A DNA stretch of 64,000 bases from Dendrobates tinctorius (taxonomy: Eukaryota), in assembly GCF_039654945.1 (NCBI RefSeq), contig NW_027361869.1:7812001-7876000 (forward strand). Reading direction: 5' to 3'. The position numbers and the translations under genes were made by a program. The notes beneath the pieces are model-generated. The model did no database searches. It was not told where the DNA came from and saw nothing but the letters and a program-made list of their open reading frames with translations. Each line of letters opens with the position of its first letter. Within the stretch, counting starts at the first letter, position 1. Positions 10,446-23,957 of the stretch are shown one piece after another.

Positions 10446-13400
10446 GTGGCATTTATGCACATGTAATCGAAGTACATGAATCAAAGTACTACTGTCAGTT
10501 ATAGCATGGCAGTTAGACAGGGCAGGAGACAGGTAAGACATTTATATACATCTACTCCCTGTACATTTGGAGCACATCAAATATATACCATAAGCATTTG
10601 TATAATTTATATCCTGGCCGCTGCATTCACACACATCCACCGCCCTTGCATTAACTCTCTACACTCCATCCATATCGGCCCCTCGCTCCTTTCCTCTCCT
10701 ATGTATAGCACTCACGCTCTTTTCACATTGTTAAATTGCACAGATCCAGTCAGTCCCACCATTCAACATCAGAGACGCTCTCACAAATCACTTAACAATC
10801 TGCTCACTCTTTCTATCCTCCTCCTAGTCGCAGGAGACATTGCTCCCAACCTTGGTCCCCCATGTTATAGAAAGTCAAACCCCCCAACTGCTACACTTAG
10901 AAACCCCTCTAATCTTATTAATATTCCCTGCATGCCATCTATCTCTCTTAATTGTGCACTTTGGAATTCTCGCTTAGTTTGTAACAAACTCTCCTTCATC
11001 CATGACTTCTTCCTTTCTAATTCTCTTAACCTTCTGGCTCTTACTGAAACCTGGATCCAGCAGTCAGACACTACCGCTGCTGCTGCTCTTTCATACGGGG
11101 GGCTACACTTCTCTCATACCCCAAGATCAGACAGTAGAGCAGGTGGAGGCGTTGGTCTGCTCCTATCACCAAAATGTACCTTTCAGGTTATCCCTCAAGT
11201 ACCCTCACTTGTCTTCCCTTCTTTTGAGGTCCATGCCGTCAGACTCTACACCCCCTTCTCCATGCGAGTGGCGGTGGTGTATCGTCCTCCCGGCCCCTCC
11301 CATCAGTTCCTGGATCATTTTGCCACTTGGCTTCCACATTTTCTCTCCTGTGACATCCCTACCCTCATCATGGGAGATTTCAACATTCCCATTGCTCTTC
11401 CCCTCTCACCATCTGCTGCTCACCTTTTATCTCTAACCTCCTCATTTGGCCTTTCGCAGCTTACTAATTCTCCAACGCATGAAGTCGGAAACTCCCTCGA
11501 CTTGGTCTTCTCTCGGCTTTGTGCAGTGGATGATTTTGCAAACTCCCCTCTCCCGCTCTCTGACCACAATCTTCTTTCATTCTCTATCAAGAACTGCCAG
11601 GCTGCTCAGGTCACCCCCACTGTCCAGACTTATAGAAACATACAGGCCATTAACACCCAGAAACTTACGAAGAACTTGCAGTCTTCATTGGCCCCTATCT
11701 CCTCCCTCTCATGCCCTGATTCTGCATTGAAGCATTACAATGAAACACTTCAAAGTGCCCTGGATGAATTTGCACCCCTTATAACTAGAACACCACAACA
11801 CAGACGGCGACAACCCTGGCACACGGTGCAAACACGTTTCCCAAACACGTTTCCTGCAGCGGTGCTCCAGGTGCGCCGAACGTCTGTGGAGAAAATCCAA
11901 TCTACACGAAGATTTCATCCATTATAAGTTTATGCTTTGAACATACAACACTGCCCTTCACCTCTCCAAACAAACCTATTTCAACACCCTCATCACCTCA
12001 CTGTCCAATAACTCGAAACGTCTCTTTGACACTTTTCATTCTCTTCTCAACCCAAGAGTACAGGCCCCAACCTCGGAGCTCCGAGCTGACGATCTGGCCA
12101 ATTACTTCAAAGAAAAAATTGACCAGATCCGACAGGAAATTATCTCCCAATCACCTCATACCATGCACTGTCCTCCCTCCCCCACTGCATCTAGCTCACT
12201 CTCTGATTTTGAACCAGTCACAGAAGAAGAAGTAAGCAGGCTCCTTGCATCTTCTCGCCCAACTACTTGCACCAGTGACCCATTTCCGTCACATCTCCTC
12301 CAGTCCCTTTCCCCTGCTGTCACCCCTCACCTAACTAAACTATTTAACCTCTCTCTCTTCAGGTATTTTTCCCTCCACATTTAAGTTTGCCATCAAACAT
12401 CCACTACTTAAAACACCATCCCTCGACCAAAACTGTGCCGCTAACTATAGACCTGTCTCTAATCTTCCCTTCATCTCTAAACTCCTGGAACGCCTGATCC
12501 ACTCCCGTCTTATCCGCTATCTCTCAGAAAACTCTGTTCTCGACCCTCTCCAATCCGATTTCCGTTCTGTACACTCCACTGAAACTGCCCTCACTAAAGT
12601 CTATAATGATCTGCTAACAGCTAAATCAAATGGTCATTACTCCATGCTAATTCTCTTGGATCTCTCTGCAGCATTCGACACTGTGGATCATCAGCTCCTC
12701 CTCACTATGCTCCGTTCCATTGGCCTCAAGGACACCGTTCTCTCCTGGTTCTCCTCCTATCTCTCTGACTGCTCCTTTACTGTATCTTTTGCCGGTTCCT
12801 CCTCCTCTCACCTTCCCCTTACTGTTGGGGTCCCCCAAGGATCGGTTCTAGGCCCTCTCCTCTTCTCCTTGTACACTGCCCCTATTGGTCAAACAATCAG
12901 TAGATTTGGTTTCCAGTACCATCTCTATGCTGATGACACCCAATTATACGCTTCTTCTCCTGACATCACGCCAGCCTTTCTAGAAAACACCGGCGATTGT
13001 CTAAACACTGTGTCTAATATCATGTCCTCACTATATCTGAAACTGAACCTGTCAAAGACTGAACTCCTGATGTTTCCTCCCTCTACTAATGTACCTATAC
13101 CCAACATTGCTATTTCTGTGTGTGGTTCCACTATTACTCCCCAGCAAAAGGCCCGCTGTCTTGGGGTCATACTTGATTCCGAGCTTTCCTTTGCCCCCTA
13201 CATTCGATCACTGGCTCGCTCTTGTCATCTGCACCTCAAAAACATTTCTAGAATTCGACCTTTTCTTACTTTTGACTCTGCAAAAGCTCTTACTGTTTCC
13301 CTTATTCATTCTCCTCTCGACTATTGTAACTCTCTTCTAATCAGTCTCCCTCTTACCAAACTCTCCCCCCTCCAATCTGTCTTGAATGCTGCAGCCAGGA

Positions 13401-14147
13401 TTATATTCCTCACCAATTGTTACACCGATGCCTCTACCTTGTGCCAGTCATTACACTGGCTACCCATCCACTCCAGAATTCAGTATAAACCTTTTACCCT
13501 CACCCACAAAGCCTTCCATGGCTCAGCACCACCCTACATCTCCTCCCTTGTTTCAGTATACCACCCTACCCGCGCCCTCCGTTCTGCTGATGACCTGAGG
13601 TTAGCATCCTCAATAGTCAGAACCTCCCACTCCCGTCTCCATGACTTTACACGTGCAGCGCCAATTCTTTGGAATGCACTTCCCAGGTCAATACGATTAG
13701 TCCCCAATCCCCACAATTTTAAGCGTGCCCTGAAAACGCATTTATTCAGACTGGTCTATCGCCTCAACACATTAACCTAATCTATCCCCGTGTGGCACAG
13801 CCAAAAGTTTTACCATAAGCAGTTTTCCCGCATCATGTTCTCACATGTTTTATGCATCCATTAGCCCTCTGTGTCCGTACTGTCACATACCTAACAGTAT
13901 GGCTGGTTCCTACAATCAGGGCAACTGTTACCACCCACCTTTCGTGTCTACCTCTTTCCTCATAGACTGTAAACTTGCGAGCAGGGCCCTCTTTCCTCTT
14001 GGTATTTGTTATAATCTACTGTATGTGATTACTGTTATGCTGTAATGTCTATTGTCTGTACAAATCCCCTTTGAAATGTAAAGTGCTGCGGAATATGTCG
14101 GCGCTATAAAAATAAAATTTTGTATTATTATTATTATTATTATCATT
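10446..14147 (+). mobile_element. L2-clade (CR1/L2 group) LINE inserted in the satellite, frameshifted
   Basis: APE and RT remnants; 3' end GTAAAGTGCTGCGGAATATGTCGGCGCTATAAAAATAAA followed by a (TAT)n tail; flanked by ATCAGTG at 10439-10445 and 14148-14154 (possible TSD). Confidence 0.9.
10476..13780 (+). pseudogene. L2 ORF2 (APE-RT), disrupted
   Basis: ALTETW, MGDFN, LSDH (APE); [27 protein letters not shown] (RT). A 13-bp tandem duplication CAAACACGTTTCC at 11829-11854 shifts the frame, with further stops or frameshifts up to about 12640. Confidence 0.9.
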
Positions 14148-15406
14148 ATCAGTGCCACAACCTCATCCCTGCAGAACCGCATGATCAGTGCCTCCAACTT
14201 ATCCCTAAAGAGATATATAATCAGTGCCATAACATTGTCCCCGCAAAGCTGTAAGATCAGTGCCACCACCTAATCCCTGCAGAGCTATTTGATCAGTGCC
14301 ACCACGTCATCCCCTCAGGGCTACATGATCAGTGCCACCAACTCATCCCTGCAGACCTGTATGATCAGTGCCACCACCTTGTAGCCGCAGAACTGTATAA
14401 TCAGTGCCACCACCTTGTCACCACAAAGTTGTATGATCAGTGCCACCAGTTGGTCAGCACAGAGCTGTATGATCAGTACCACCACCAAGTCCCCGCAGAG
14501 CTGTATGATCAGTGCCACCGCCTACTCCCTGCAGAGCTGTATGATCAGTGCAACCACCTCATCCCTGCACAGCTGTATCTTCAGTGCCACCACCTCTCAC
14601 TGCAGAGCTGTATAATCAGTGCCACTACCTCATCCCTGCAAACCAGTTTAGTGCCACAACCTCCTCCCTGTAGAGCTGTCTGATCAGTGCCACCACCTTG
14701 TCCGCGCTGATCTGTATGTTCAGTGCCACCACCTTTTCCCTGCAGACATGTATGATCAGTGTCCCCACCTTGTCGCCGCAGAACTGTATAATCAGTGCTA
14801 CCACCTTGTCACCGCATGAACAGTGCCACCAGTTGGTCAGCACAGAGCTGTATGATCAGTACCACTACCTACTCCTCGCACAGCTGTTGAATCAGTGCCA
14901 CCGCCTACTCCTTGCAGAGCTGTATGATCAGTGCCACCACCTAATCCCTGCAGAGCTATTTGATCAGTGCCACCACGTCATCCCCTCAGAGCTATATGAT
15001 CAGTGCCACCACCTTGTCCACGCAAAGCTGTATGATGAGTGCTACCACCTCATCCCTGCAGACCTGTACGATCAGTGCCACCACATCATGCCTGCAGAGC
15101 CTTATCATCAGTGCCTCCATCTTGTCCCCGCAGAGCTGTATGATCAGTGCCACCACCTCCTCCCTGCAGAGCTGTATGATTAGTACCACCACCTCATCCT
15201 TGTAGAGCTTTAAGATCAGTGCCACCACTTTGTCCACGCTGAGCTGTATGTTCAGTGCCACCAACTCCTCCCTGCAGAGCTGTATGATCAGTGCCACCAC
15301 CTTGTCCCCGCAAAGCTGTAACATAAGTGCCACCACTTTGTCCCCGCAGAGCTGTATGATCAGTGCCACCACCTACTCCCTGCAGAGCTGTATGATCAGT
15401 GCCAAC
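14148..15406 (+). repeat. 36-bp satellite, segment 2
   Basis: Same unit and orientation as segment 1. Confidence 0.97.
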
Positions 15407-16203
15407 TGGTATGATTGAGTCACCGTAGGAGGCAGACACAAAAATAGAAGCTACGTCCAGAAAAAAAGAGAAGTTGGCAACTATCAGATTGAATACCCCT
15501 GAACCTATCAACACAACTAGCAGTAGCCGTGGGGGATTCCTACGGTGCCCTAGACCCCTCGATCACAGCCGGAGAGCTAATTAGGCTAAAGACAGAAAAG
15601 GAAATCTAAACTGCCCCAGAGCAGACCCCAAAGTAAAAGGCAGCCCCCAGCATATAATGACGCTGAAGCAAGATGAAAAAACACTCACACAGATAGAAAT
15701 ATAGGCTGAGCAAACGATGGGGCCCAAGCTAACTAAACAGAACAGGAAAGAAAGGTTGCTGTCTGCAATCTGCCAAAACCCTATCAAAGACATAAGCCAA
15801 CAAGCTGATATGGAAAAAGACCCTGAAGCAGCTAGGCTTCAAAAACTAAATCAGCACTCAGTTATTTTCAGAAGACAGAGCTAAAGGAATTCAGCTCACC
15901 CCAGCAGGGAATGGCAGAAATCCAGAAAAACAAAGCAAAACAAAGTCAAAGCACAAATGCAAAAAGCCGAGCAGAAAACTTAGCTTTAGAAGAGCAGGAA
16001 TTCAGACTGGTCTCCAAGGATCCCACAGAGAATTCACCCGCAGGGCAGAAGGGCGTCGGCGGCCTTATATCCAGTCAGTAACTCCACTCAGCCAGTCATC
16101 ATCATTAGGCTCAGGTGCTTGATAATCAGGCTCACTACCTTTCTTTACCAGAAGAGGGAGTTCATCGGGCCTCAGTAGTGAAGGGGAAAATGAACTCACA
16201 ACA
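15407..16203 (-). repeat. 3' LTR
   Basis: Direct repeat of 20395-21191, about 20 substitutions by eye. Confidence 0.95.
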
Positions 16204-19200
16204 GTACCTCCCCCTTGAGGAGGGGTCACCGAACCCTCATCCATGCCACCAGGGCGATCCGGGTGAGACCGATGAAAGGCACGCACCAATCTTTTGGCAT
16301 GAATATCAGAGGCAGAGACCCAGGAATTATCCTCCTGACCATAACCCTTCCACTTAACCAAATACTGGAGTCTCCGTCTAGCCAGACGGGAATCCAGTAC
16401 TTTCTCTACCTCATATTCCATGTTACCTTCAACCAATACAGGGTCTGGAGGTGCCACCCCCGGAACAACAGGTTCAACAAACCTCTTCAACAAAGATTTA
16501 TGGAACACATTATGGATTTTAAATGTGACAGGAAGAGCCAAACGAAAAGAGAACGGATTAATAATCTCCAAAATCTTGTAAGGTCCAATAAATCTAGGCT
16601 TAAACTTAGGAGGAGCCACCTTCATAGCAATATTTTTTGATGATAACCACACCATATCACCAACCTTAAACTGGGGACCAATGGTCCTATGTCGGTTGGA
16701 AAACCGCTGGGCCTTTTCCTGGGAAAGAGATAACTTATCCACCACTTGGTCCCAGATCTGGTGCATTCTCTCCACCACAGTGTCAACACCTGGGCAGGCA
16801 GAGGGCTCCACCTGCCCTGAAGAAAATCGAGGATGAAACCCAAAGTTACAAAAAAAGGTGACATCAAAGTGGCAGAACTAGCTCCATTATTTAAAGCAAA
16901 TTTGGCCAAGGGCAAAAATGAAACCCAATCATCCTGATCAGCAGAAATAAAACATCTCAAATATGACTCAAAGGTCTGGTTTGTTCTCTCTGTCTGCCCA
17001 TTGGTCTGATGGTGAAAAGCAGTGGAGAAGGACAACTGAATTCCCAGCTTGGAACAGAAAGTTCTCCAAAATCTAGACACAAACTGAACTCCTCTGTCAG
17101 ATACAATGTTCTCAGGAATCCCTTGCAAGCGAACCACCTGTTGCAAAAACAGGGGCACCAACTCAGAGGAAGACGGCAACTTAGGGAGTGGTACAAGATG
17201 AACCATCTTAGAGAACCTATCACAAATCACCCAAATAACAGTCATCCTTTGAGAGACAGGCATATCAGAGATGAAATCCATTGAAATATGGGTCCATGGC
17301 CTCTTGGGGACAGGCAAAGGCATCAACAACCCACTAGAGCGAGAACACGATTTAGACCGGGAGCACGTCCCACAGGACTGCACAAAATTCCTGACATCAC
17401 GAGACAAGGAGGGCCACCAAAAAGATCGACTCACCAGATGTCTAGTAAAAAAAATACCTGGATGACCAGCCAAAGCAGAGCAATGAACTTCAGACATCAC
17501 TCTCTTCTTCCACTGGTCAGGAACATACAACTTTCCACTGGGACAACGCTCAGGTTTGTCCTCCTGGAACTCTTCCAGAGCACGTCTCAAATCGGGCAAG
17601 ATGGCAGAAAGAACTACCCCTTCGCCTAAGATGGTAGCAGGCTTGGTCACCACAGGAGAATCAGCAAAGAAGCTCCTAGAGAGGGCGTCTGCCTTGACAT
17701 TCTTAGTTCCAGGAAGAAAAGAAACCACAAAATCAAAACGTGTAAAAAAACAAAGCCCACCTAGCCTGTCTAGGGCTCAAGCGCTTAGCCGACTCTAGGT
17801 AAATCAAATTCTTGTGGTCAGTGAGGACCACGACTTGATGCTTAGCTCCCTCCAACCAATGTCTCCACTCCTCAAATGCCCCTTTCATGGCCAACAGTTC
17901 CCGATTCCCCACATCATAGTTACGTTCAGATGGAGAGAACTTTCGGGAAAAGAAAGCACAGGGATTCATTTTAGATGTTACAGGATCCTTTTGGGACAAA
18001 ACAGCTCCTGCACCAATCTCAGAAGCATCCACCTCTACCTGGAACGGAAGTGAGACATCAGGTTGCCGCAAAACCGGGGCGGAGGTGAATCTTCGCTTCA
18101 GCTCCTGAAAGGAAGAAACAGCCTCCGGAGACCAATTTAACACATCAGCACCCTTCTTAGTCAAATCAGTCAATGGCTTGGCAATACTAGAAAATTTTGC
18201 TATAAATTTCCGATAAAAATTAGCAAAACCCAAAAACTTCTGGAGGGCCTTCAAAGAAGTGGGCTGAACCCAATCGTAAATGGCCTGTACCTTGGCCGGG
18301 TCCATTTCAATAGTTGACGGGGACAAAATAAATCCCAAAAAAGAAATCCTCTGTACTCCAAAAAGGCATTTAGATCCTTTGACATACAGGGAATTCTCCC
18401 TCAAGATCCGGAACACAGTCCGAATATGTTCCACATGAGAATCCCAGTCCTTGGAGAAGATCAAAATATCATCCAGATAGATAATCAAAAATTTATCGAC
18501 AAAATCTCGGAAAATATCGTTCATGAAGCACTGGAAGACAGAAGGGGCATTAGTGAGCCCAAAAGGCATCACCAGGTACTCAAAATGTCCCTCCGGAGTA
18601 TTAAACGCCGTCTTCCATTCATCCCCATGCTTAATGCGAATAAGATTATACGCCCCCCTGAGGTCAAGCTTGGTAAACCAGCAAGCACCTTTAACTCTGG
18701 AGAATAGATCAGAAATCAGGGGTAACGGATACTGATATTTAACAGTAATTTTGTTGAGGGCACGATAATCAATACAAGGTCTTAATGATCCATCCTTTTT
18801 GGCTACAAAAAAAAACCCGGCACCTAAGGGTGACGAGGATGGTCTAATATGACCCTTCTCCAACGCCTCCTTAATATAGGATCGCATAGCCTCATGCTCG
18901 GGTACAGATAAATTGAAGAGCCGACCCTTGGGAAATTTACACCCCGGGCTCAGTTCAATTGCACAGTCATAACTCCTATGAGGAGGCAGAGACGCAGACT
19001 CATTCTCACTAAATACATCATAAAAGTCCGCCAAATAATCAGGAACATCATGCGACTGAGGAGAGGTGGAAAACACCGGAGCCTCACTAAAGGCACACCG
19101 ACAACCCCAACTCACCATAGACACAGATTTCCAATCCAAAACTGGATTATGAATTTGTAACCAGGGAAACCCCAGAACAATAGTATCATGCAGATTATGC

Positions 19201-20261
19201 AACACCAAAAATCTGCAATTTTCTTGATGGTCTGGGGCGACCCGCATTACCACCTGGGTCCAAAACTGAGGTTTATTTTTAGCCAAAGGAGTAGCATCAA
19301 TCCCCCTCAAAGGGATAGGCGTCTGCAGAGGTGTCATCGGAAATCCACAACGTTTAGCAAAATCCAAGTCCATTAGGTTTAGGGCTGCTCCCGAATCCAC
19401 AAAAGCCTTGGCGGAAAATGTGGACAGGGAGCAGATCAGAGTAATAGCCAGAAGAAACTTAGGTTGAACACTACCAACAGAAAACGTGTGTGCAAAGCGT
19501 TTCTCTCGTTTAGGGCAGACAGAAATAACATGCGAGGCATCTCCACAGAAAAAAAAACACAACTTATTACGCCTTCTGAACTCCTGACGCTGCTCTCTGG
19601 ACAAAACTCTATCACATTGCATAGGTTCAGACATTTGTTCAACAGGTGGCAACACCTCTCGTGCAGTTTTGCGTTCGCGCAAACGCCGATCAACCTGAAT
19701 AGCTAATGACATAGAATCGTCAAGACCAGAGGGAACAGGAAATCCCACCATAGTATCTTTTACGGCTTCTGACAACCCCTTCCGAAAGAGAGCAGCCAAG
19801 ACATTATCATTCCAGGTAGTAAGTACTGCCCATTTTCGGAATTTTTGACAGTACAATTCTGCAGAATCTCGATCCTGGTTCAATGCCAGCAGGGTCTTTT
19901 CAGCCTGATCAATGGCATTAGGTTTGTCATACAACAACCCCAAGGCTTGAAAAAATGCGTTCACATTAGTCAGAAAAGGATCATCTGGTTTCAAAGAAAA
20001 CGCCCAATCCTGGGGATCGCCACGCAGCAAAGAGATGACAATTTTAACCTGCTGCGCGGAGCTCCCTGACGAGTTAGGCTTCAAGGCAAAAAATAATTTA
20101 CAATTATTTTTGAAATTCAAAAATTTAGACCGATCCCCAAAAAATACATCAGGTGTAGGAATCTTTGGTTCAGCAGCATGTGAATGAGCAAGGTAGGCGG
20201 AAATTCCACGCACTTCCGCAGCGAGCTGCTCCACACGATCAGACAATTGCTTTATCTCCAT
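16065..20261 (-). pseudogene. gag-pol polyprotein split into three ORFs (17733-20261, 16622-17728, 16065-16811)
   Basis: Gag zinc knuckle (C..CG...H....C), protease FVDSGA, RT LRPCIDY/YLDD, RNase H VDAS, integrase HHCC and DDE core (ISMDF, SDRG, GQTER), GPY, chromodomain YEVEKVLD...YLVKWKGY...SW. Breaks fall at A-homopolymers near 17745 and 16850. Confidence 0.92.
16207..16216 (-). other. Polypurine tract (AAGGGGGAGG)
   Basis: Purine run 3 nt upstream of the 3' LTR start on the minus strand. Confidence 0.85.
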
Positions 20262-20383
20262 TGAGAGAAAAAAAAAAAATCCCCCTACGGCCTCAGAGAT
20301 ATAGAGGAAAAAATATACACACTTTTTTTTTTTTTTTTTTACAATTCTTTCCTGCTATTGAGTACCCTAGGATCTGCGGTATG

Positions 20384-20393
20384 GCGGGTGATT
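20384..20393 (-). other. Self-priming primer-binding site (AATCACCCGC)
   Basis: Not a TGG tRNA-type PBS; exactly complementary to GCGGGTGATT at 21029-21020, which starts 28 nt downstream of the LTR TATA box. Confidence 0.75.
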
Positions 20394-20394
20394 C

Positions 20395-21191
20395 TGTTAT
20401 GATTGAGTCACCGTAGGAGGCAGACACAAAAATAGAAGCTACGTCCAGAAAACCAGAGAAGTTGGCAACTATCAGACTGCAGACCCCTGAACCTATCAAC
20501 ACAACTAGCAGTAGCCGTGGGGGGTTCCTACGGTGCCCTAGACCCCTCAATCACAGCCGGAGAGCTAAATAGCCTAAAGACAGAAAAGGAAATCTAAACT
20601 GCCCCAGAGCAGACCCCAAAGTAAAAGGCAGCCCCCAACATATAATGACGGTGACGCAAGATGAAAAAACACTCACACAGATAGAAAGATAGGCTGAGCA
20701 AACAATGGGGCTCAAGCTAACTAAACAGAACAGGAAAGAAAGGTTGCTGTCTGCAATCTGCCAAAACCATATCAAAGACATAAGCCAACAAGCTGATATG
20801 GAAAAAGACCCTGAAGCAGCTAGGCTTCAAAAACTAAATCAGCACTAAGGTATTTTCAGAAGACAGAGCTAAAGGAATTCAGCTCACCCCAGCAGGGAAT
20901 GGCAGAAATCCAGAAAAACAAAGCAAAACAAAGTCAAAGCACAAATGCAAAAAGCCGAGCAGAAAACTTAGCTTTAGAAGAGCAGGAATTCAGACTGGTC
21001 TCCAAGGATCCCACAGAGAAATCACCCGCAGGGCAGAAGGGCGTCGGCGGCCTTATATCCAGTCAGTAACTCCACTCAGCCAGTCATCATCATTAGGCTC
21101 AGGTGTTTGATAATCAGGCTCACTACCTTTCTTTACCAGAAGAGGGAGTTCATCGGGCCTCAGTAGTGAAGGGGAAAATGAACTCACAACA
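20395..21191 (-). repeat. 5' LTR
   Basis: TG...CA termini; TATAAGG at 21057-21051 on the minus strand. Confidence 0.95.
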
Positions 21192-21515
21192 GCCAACATC
21201 TCCTCCCTGCAAAGCTGTCTAATCAGTGCCACCACCTCCTCTCTGCAGAGCTTTATGATCAGTGCCACCACCTGGTCCTCGCAGAGCTGTATGATAAGTA
21301 CCACCACCTTGTCGCTGCAGAGGTGTATGATCAGTGTCACCACCTTGTCCCTGCAGAACTGTATGATCAGTGCCACCACCTCGTCACTGCAGGGCTGTAT
21401 GATCTGTGCCACTACCTCCTCTCCTCCCTGCAGAGCTGTATGATCAGTGCCACAACCTCATCCCTGCAGAACTGCATGAACAGTTCCACCACCTCGTCAA
21501 TGCAGAGCTGTATGA

Positions 21516-21674
<159 letters not shown>

Positions 21675-21836
21675 CCAGCATCAATGTGCTCTCCATCCGC
21701 ATGCCATACCCAGTACCCCAATTTTGGCCTGTATGATCAGTGCCACCTCCTCCTCCCCGCAGAGCTGTATGATCAGTGCCACCACCTCGTCCCTGCTGAC
21801 CTGTATGATCGGTGCCACCACCTCGTCTCTGCAGAG

Positions 21837-22086
21837 TTCTTCAGTGTTTTGTTCGCTGGCTCCACTTCATCTCCTCTTCCTCTTGCTTTCTGGGTACCTC
21901 AGGGCTCAGTCCTTGGCCCCCATCTCTTCTTGCTCTATACAGCCCCAATTGGACAGACCATCAGCAAATTTGGCTTTCGGTACCATCTTTATGCTGATGA
22001 CACACAACTGTATACGTCTTCCCCCGACCTTACCCCTCTGTAATACAGAACGCCAGTGACAGTCTGTCCGCAGTCTCCAATATCAT
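21837..22086 (+). mobile_element. ~250-bp L2 RT fragment, copy 1
   Basis: Encodes VPQGSVLGP...[10 protein letters not shown]; homologous to but diverged from about 12775-13024. Confidence 0.85.
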
Positions 22087-23419
22087 CAGAACTCTATGAT
22101 CAGTGCCACCATCTATTCCCTGCAGAGCTGTATGATCAGTGCCACCACCTATTCCCTTCAGAGCTGTGTGATCAGTGCCACCACCTCCTCCCTGCAGAGC
22201 TGTATGATCAGTACCACCACCTTGTCGCCGCAGAGGTGTATGATCAGTGTCACCACCTTGTCCCCGCAGAGCAGTATGATCAGTGCCACAACCTCATCCC
22301 TGCAGAACCGCATGATCAGTGCCTCCAACTTATCCCTAAAGACATATATAATCAGTGCAACCACATTGTCCCCACAAAGCTGTATGATCAGTGCCACCAC
22401 CTCCTCCCTGCAGAACTGTATGATCAGTGCCACCACCTCATCCATGCAGAGCTGTAAGATCAGTGACACAACCTGGTCCCTGTAGAGCCTTATGATCAGT
22501 GCCACCGCCTCCTTCCCAAAGAGCTGTATGATCAGTGCAACCACCTCATCCCTGCAGAGCTGTATGATCAGTGCTACTACCTCATCCCTGTAAACAAGTA
22601 TGTTCAGTGCCACCACCTCCTCCCTGTAGAGCTGTCTGATCAGTACCACCTCCTTGTCCTCGCTGAGCTGTATGTTCAGTGCCACCACCTTTTCCCTGCA
22701 GAACCGCATGATCAGTGCCTCCAACTTATCCCTAAAGAGATATATAATCAGTGCAACCACATTGTCCCCGCAAAGCTGTATGATCAGTGCCAACACCTCA
22801 TCCTTGCAGAGCTGTATGATCAGTGCCACCAACTCCTCCCTGCAGAGCTGTATGATCATTGCCACCATCTTATCCACACAGAGCTGTATGATCAGTGCCA
22901 CCACCTCCTCCCTGCAGAACTGTATGATCAGTGCCACCACCTCATCCCTGCAGAGCTTTAAGATCAGTGACACAACCTTGTCCCTGCAGATCCTTATGAT
23001 CAGTGCAACCACCTCATCCCTGTAGAGCTGTATCTTCAGTGCCACCACCTCTCACTGCAGAGCTGTATAATCAGTGCCACTAACTCATCCCGGCAAACAA
23101 GTATGTTCAGTGCCACCACCTCCTCCCTGTAGAGCTGTCTGATCAGTGCCACCACCTTGTCCGCGCTGAGCTGTATGTTCAGTGCCACCACCTTTTCCCT
23201 GCAGAGCTGTTTGTTCAGTGCCACCACCTTTCCATGCAGAGCTGTATGATCAGTGTCACCACCCTGTCACCGCCGAACTGTATAATCAGTGCCACCACAT
23301 TGTCACCGCAAAGCTGTATGATCAGTGCCACCAGTTGGTCAGCACAGAGCTGTATGATCATTACCACCACCTAGTCCCCGCAGAGCTGTATGATCAGTGC
23401 CACCGCCTACTCCTTGCAG

Positions 23420-23760
23420 GCGTATCTATCCACCTGACGAAGGAGATTTATTTCCGAAACGCCCGTGGGGGCATGTTCTTATACAACTCACGTAGCGTCA
23501 ATCGGCTTACAGGTATTTTACACTTTGTGTTTTGTTGCACACGCCTTAGTGCGATTTGAATTTTTTGCACAGCTGCACCTCTGCACTTTGGGCACATTCA
23601 TTATACATATATTTATTTTCTTTTTATGTAATTATCCTTGTGTCACTATATATATGCATTTTTGTACCTGGTTCATTAATTAAGAATTTTTGATATGGAT
23701 TGGTTTTCCATTATCCATAAACACATGGCTAATGTGATTGTATACTCTAATATATATCTA

Positions 23761-23791
<31 letters not shown>

Positions 23792-23957
23792 TTTAATGCA
23801 CTTAATTGTTGTGTCAATATTTTAATAAAGGCATCTTTATTTAAAAAAATAAAAATTGTGCCATTTATTATTATCATTGTTATTATTTTTATCATTCATG
23901 TAGCATCTTTTTTATCCTGTGGGATTTCTCATTCCCATCCATCTTCGAGTTATTTTT
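23420..23957 (+). mobile_element. AT-rich insert with hammerhead-like motif and (TA)n, possibly a Penelope-like element remnant, copy 1
   Basis: CCAC-CTGACGA-A-GGAGA-TTTA-TTTCC-GAAAC-GCCC-GTGG at 23430-23468, AT-rich tail with AATAAA, TCCTTGCAG on both sides. Confidence 0.5.

Larger units (their letters stand above)
15407..21191 (-). mobile_element. Full-length Ty3/Gypsy chromovirus (Tf1/sushi-like) LTR retrotransposon
   Basis: Two 797-bp TG...CA LTRs, GCCAAC duplicated at 15401-15406 and 21192-21197, gag-PR-RT-RNaseH-IN-chromodomain order, PPT next to the 3' LTR. Confidence 0.96.
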
